A stretch of DNA of 62,546 bases, counting the filler, from Babesia bigemina (lineage: Eukaryota): NCBI RefSeq assembly GCF_000981445.1. It is 12 parts of 12 records of this genome, joined end to end, with 100 filler letters (N's around TTAATTAATTAA, not from the genome) between each part and the next. Parts side by side here need not be neighbours in the genome. Positions count along the whole stretch, not along the records: positions 56,698 to 62,546 come from NW_012237113.1; 11 more parts are not named here. One strand, written 5' to 3'. A program made the position numbers and the translations under genes. Position 1 is the first letter of the stretch, and each line of letters begins with the position of its first letter. The notes below the pieces were generated by a model. That model saw only the letters and a list, made by a program, of their open reading frames with translations. It had not been told where the DNA came from and searched no databases. Below, piece by piece: positions 58,271-62,546 of this stretch.

Positions 58271-60248
58271 GTGGTGACCAATGTGTTGACCAATGTGCTG
58301 ACCAAAGTGTTGACCAACGTGGTGACCAATGCCATGACCAACGTGGTGACCAATGCCATGACCAACGTGCTGACCAAGGTGCTGACCAAAGTGCTGACCA
58401 AGGTGCTGACCAAGGTGCTGACCAACGTGTTGACCAAAGTGGTGACCAACGTGCTGACCAAGGTGCTGACCAAAGTGGTGACCAAAGTGGTGACCAACGT
58501 GTTGACCAAGTTGATGGTCACGGCAGCGATGACATGGTCACGGCAGCGATGACAGTGGTGACCAAGTTGATGTTACGGCAGCGATGACATGGTTACGGCA
58601 GCGATGACATGGTCACGGCAGCGATGACAGTGGTGACCAAGTTGATGTTACGGCAGCGATGACATGGTCACGGCAGCGATGACATGGTTACGGCCGCGAT
58701 GACATCGTCACGGCCGCGATGACAGTGGTGACCAAGCACCTGACCTAAGTGGTGATTATGATCCACTCTACATCGCTCCTTTACCCACTCTACATCGCCC
58801 CTTTATCCACTCCACATCGCCCCTTTATCCACTCTAAATCGCCCCTTTATCCACTCTACATCGCTCCTTAACCCACTCTACATCGCTCCTTTATCCACTC
58901 TACATCGCCCTTTACCCACTCTACATCGCCCCATAACCCACTCTACGTCGCCCCTTTGTCCACTCTACATCGCCCCTTTATCCACTCTACATCGCCCATT
59001 AACCCACTCTTCATCGCCCCTTTATCCAGCCTACATCGCTCCCTAACCCACTCTACATCGCCCCTTTATCCACTCCACATCGCTCCTTTGTCCACTCTAC
59101 ATCGCCCCTTTATCCACTCCACATCGCTCCTTCATCCACTCTACATCGCCCCTTAACCCACCCTACATCGCCCCTTAACCCACTCTACATCGCTCCTTCA
59201 TCCACTCTACATCGCCCCTTAACCCACCCTACATCGCCCCTTAACCCACCTTACATCGCTCCTTAACCCACTCTACATCGCTCCCTAACCCACTCTACAT
59301 CGCTCCCTAATCCACTCTACATCGCTCCCTAACCCACTCTACATCGCCCCTTAACCCACTCTACATCGCCCCTTTGACCACTCCACATCGCCCCTTTATC
59401 CACTCTTCATCGCTCTCTAATCCACTCTACATCGCCCCTTTATTTACTCTACATCGCCCCTTTACCCACTCTACATCGCCCCTTAACCACTCCACATCGC
59501 CCCTTTATCCACTCTTCATCGCTCTCTAATCCACTCTACATCGCCCCTTTATTTACTCTACATCGCCCCTTAACCCACTCTACATCGCTCCCTAATCCAC
59601 TCTACATCGCTCCCTAACCCACTCCTCATCGCTCCCTTATCCACTCTACATCGCTCCTTTATCCACTCTACATCGCCCCTTAATCCAATCTACATCGCTC
59701 CCTAATCCACTCCACATCGCCCCTTTATCCACTCCACATCGCCCCTTTACCCACTCTACATCGCTCCTTTATCCACTCTACATCGCCCCTTAACCCACTC
59801 TACATCGCTCCCTAACCCACTCTACATCGCCCCTTTATCCACTCTACATCGCCCCTTATCCACTCCATATCGCTCCCTTATCCACTCCACATCGCCCCTT
59901 TATCCACTCTACATCGCCCCTTTATCCACTCTACATCGCCCCTTAACCACTCTACATCGCCCCTTTATCCACTCTACACCGCCCCTTTACCCACTCTACA
60001 TCGCTCCCTAACCCACTCTACATCGCCCCTTAACCCACTCTACATCGCCCCTTTATCCACTCTACATCGCCCCTTAACCCACTCTACATCGCTCCCTAAC
60101 CCACTCTACATCGCCCCTTTACCCACTCTACATCGCCCCTTTACCCACTCTACATCGCCCCTTAACCCACCCTACATCGCCCCTTAACCCGCTCTACATC
60201 GCTCCCTAACCCACTCTACATCGCCCCTTTATCCACTCCACATCGCTC
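58271..60248 (+). repeat. Spacer cassette: 12-bp 58271-58512, 20-bp interleaved with 12-mers 58513-58745, 22-bp 58761-60248
   Basis: Same modules and order. Confidence 0.95.
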
Positions 60249-60272
60249 TAATCACCTCGCCTTAATACCGCT

Positions 60273-62546
60273 ATGACCTCTATAAACCATAGCAATAACT
60301 TGTGCCTTGTCACCCTTCACTTACCTTCATCCACCTCTTGCCACTGCCCTGACCATGTGCCGCCTAGGGAGCTTGACAAGAAATTTGGTGAAAATAAAAA
60401 GTGCGAAATAACCTCAAATAACAACCCTACTAACATCCTTACTAACCTCTGCACTGGCCTCGAGAAATTCCTCGGCTTCAACTCTGCTACCAAAGGCTAC
60501 GACGGCCAGGGGATTGTGTACTCTGACTTGGATAGGCTGTGCGATGCGGTGATGGGATTTTTGAGTAGTATAATCACTGACGTAAATAAGAACGAAAACC
60601 TCAAGAAATACAATAATAATTTAAATGGCATACTTGAAAGCATTAAACAAGCTAAATATAATAGAAAAAATTTTGATAGTAGTATTGCCTTTGTCAGTCA
60701 GGGAATTAGGGAATGGGTGAGGGGGGTGGAGGGGAAACATCAAAACATTATGACGCCTTTAAATAAGCTAAATGAATCGATGAACGGGCATATGACAACC
60801 AATATGGAATATAAGAAAACAACAGATCAGCTCTCTAGCTGGCAAACTATTGCAGGCGACTACCTTGGACATGTATTAAATTCCGAGCTGGCTTTTAATG
60901 AAATTGACAATAATCTCGTAAGCAAAATATCTGACAGAATAGCGTTATTAAAACAAGTCTTTGACAATTTTTGGAATTCAGTGAATGATCCCGCCGTCGA
61001 GGAGTCTGTTAAGGATTTAAATGACAAGTTTGTTAGGCAACGCAGAGAAATGAATGAACAAATTCAAACAAAAACCCAAGCAGTGCAAAGCACGTTAAAT
61101 GTGAAATTTCAAAATATTGAGCACTCAATAAAGAATCTTGAGGACCAAAAGAAGAGTGGATTCGACGATATAAATGAAGCCGTACGAGACTTGTCAAAAA
61201 TGTCTGATGAAATCATTGCCGAGTTCAACCTGAAATATAGAAGTCGCATTCAACAGGAATTTGCGACATTGAAAACGCCGATGAAAGATATTGATCCCGA
61301 TAACGATGAGGCTCCACTGCCACAAGGAACCATATGTAAGCTCAGAGAGCAAGTCGATGTTATACGTAAACAAGTTAAAGCCATGGACAATGCGTGTCGA
61401 GACAAATTAACGGAGATATGGAAACATGTGAGAGACAGCATGGGGGATGATTCAAGTAAAGGCGTTTTGGCGGCGCTTACGAAATTGGAGGAAGACATAA
61501 AAAAGGATTTGTGTCTAATAAGGAAAAATGTTGGGAGGGACGTGAAAAAGTATGTTAAGGATTACGTTATTCGAGTTAAGGAGCAGGTTGGGATTATTGA
61601 GGATAAGATTGGACAGACAAGCGGCCCCCTGAATAGCATATATTACAATTGGGATGCTCTACGAAGGGAGATTGCATGGTATGCTACTGGGTTAATTGGA
61701 GAAGACGGCCAAACCATTAAGCCATATTATCACGGTTTGAAGGGTATTAAAGAAAAAGTGAAGACGTATACCGATAAATTCAAAAATGACTTCGGGACAA
61801 CGATACTACCGGCATGGATGGACTATGCATTGAATACAAATAAAATTGTTAACGACAGGCTTGATGTTTACTTCAACAATAACAAAGATGTTGTTGAGCT
61901 GAAATCGAAATTTACCGATTTGAAAACAATCATTAATCAGGTTAAGCTTGCGATCAGCGCCGAAATATCAGAGAAGCTTAGTAGCGTAATTGGTGGAGCC
62001 AATGCAATCATTTCTTCAGAAGATATCACTGAGAATGTTAAAAAAGTTCAGGCGTTTTGTAATAACTTCGCTGATCAGCTTGCTGCCAAAACCAAGGCTT
62101 CGGATGGGATTAAAGTCATGGATGTCGTTAAAAAAATTGAGAAGAATTTAGGGATGGAATCGAATACGCCCAAGCCTGATGGTTACATCAGCTCGAATCT
62201 CATATTGGCTGTTGACTCCATCTTTCCATCTCTTGTCTCTATTGCCTTACAAACCTCCAATACGCTCGAATCGTTCACTTCTAACCGTAAACACACTTTT
62301 GTTCTAGGGAAAAGCCTTGACGAAGCCATAAAAACAGCGAATTCAATTAAAGATAAAGTTGGAAAGATCGATGGCAATGGCCCACATCAAGGCGATACTA
62401 TTACGAAGGCTTTGAAGCAGGTCGCCCCTGAGATCCAGCGTCTCGATCACGATCTTAACACAGCGTTGGGTAAAGGTAGCGATATCGGTGACCTGGTCAG
62501 CATAAAAGACGGTATCGATGCGAGGGTTGATATAATCTGACAAATT
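60273..62546 (+). CDS. ves1: VESA1b-like antigen, 5' part with open leader
   Basis: 755-aa ORF from leader ATG; the stop at 62540 is 6 nt from the sequence end and may be an error. Confidence 0.82.

Overview
Eukaryotic (apicomplexan) DNA, most consistent with a Babesia species of the B. bigemina/B. ovata type. This assignment rests on recalled protein motifs, not a database search. The window is a pseudo-scaffold of 12 contigs joined by 11 artificial 100-nt spacers (N-run/TTAATTAATTAA/N-run), so order, orientation and adjacency across gaps are not evidence. Contig 1 is a telomere (CCCTA3-5) plus a 22-bp subtelomeric repeat. Nearly everything else is head-to-tail variant erythrocyte surface antigen (ves1/VESA1b-like) genes: one intact copy, one near-intact copy, and about 14 partial or damaged pieces. 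Two 3' ends of a second, unnamed single-TM gene family are also present. The ves 5' ends are preceded by a stereotyped spacer: 12-bp array, then 20-bp array, then a 22-bp C-rich/G-rich satellite of 0.3-3.2 kb, then a conserved leader. Main unexplained signals: (1) the cassette itself, with direct evidence of spacer and gene-module shuffling; (2) the 20-mer is complementary to both neighbouring arrays; (3) a conserved antisense splice-donor motif sits exactly where the G-rich satellite begins; (4) a stop at leader codon 42 is present in five copies and open in two. Many frameshifts near contig ends look like sequencing errors.
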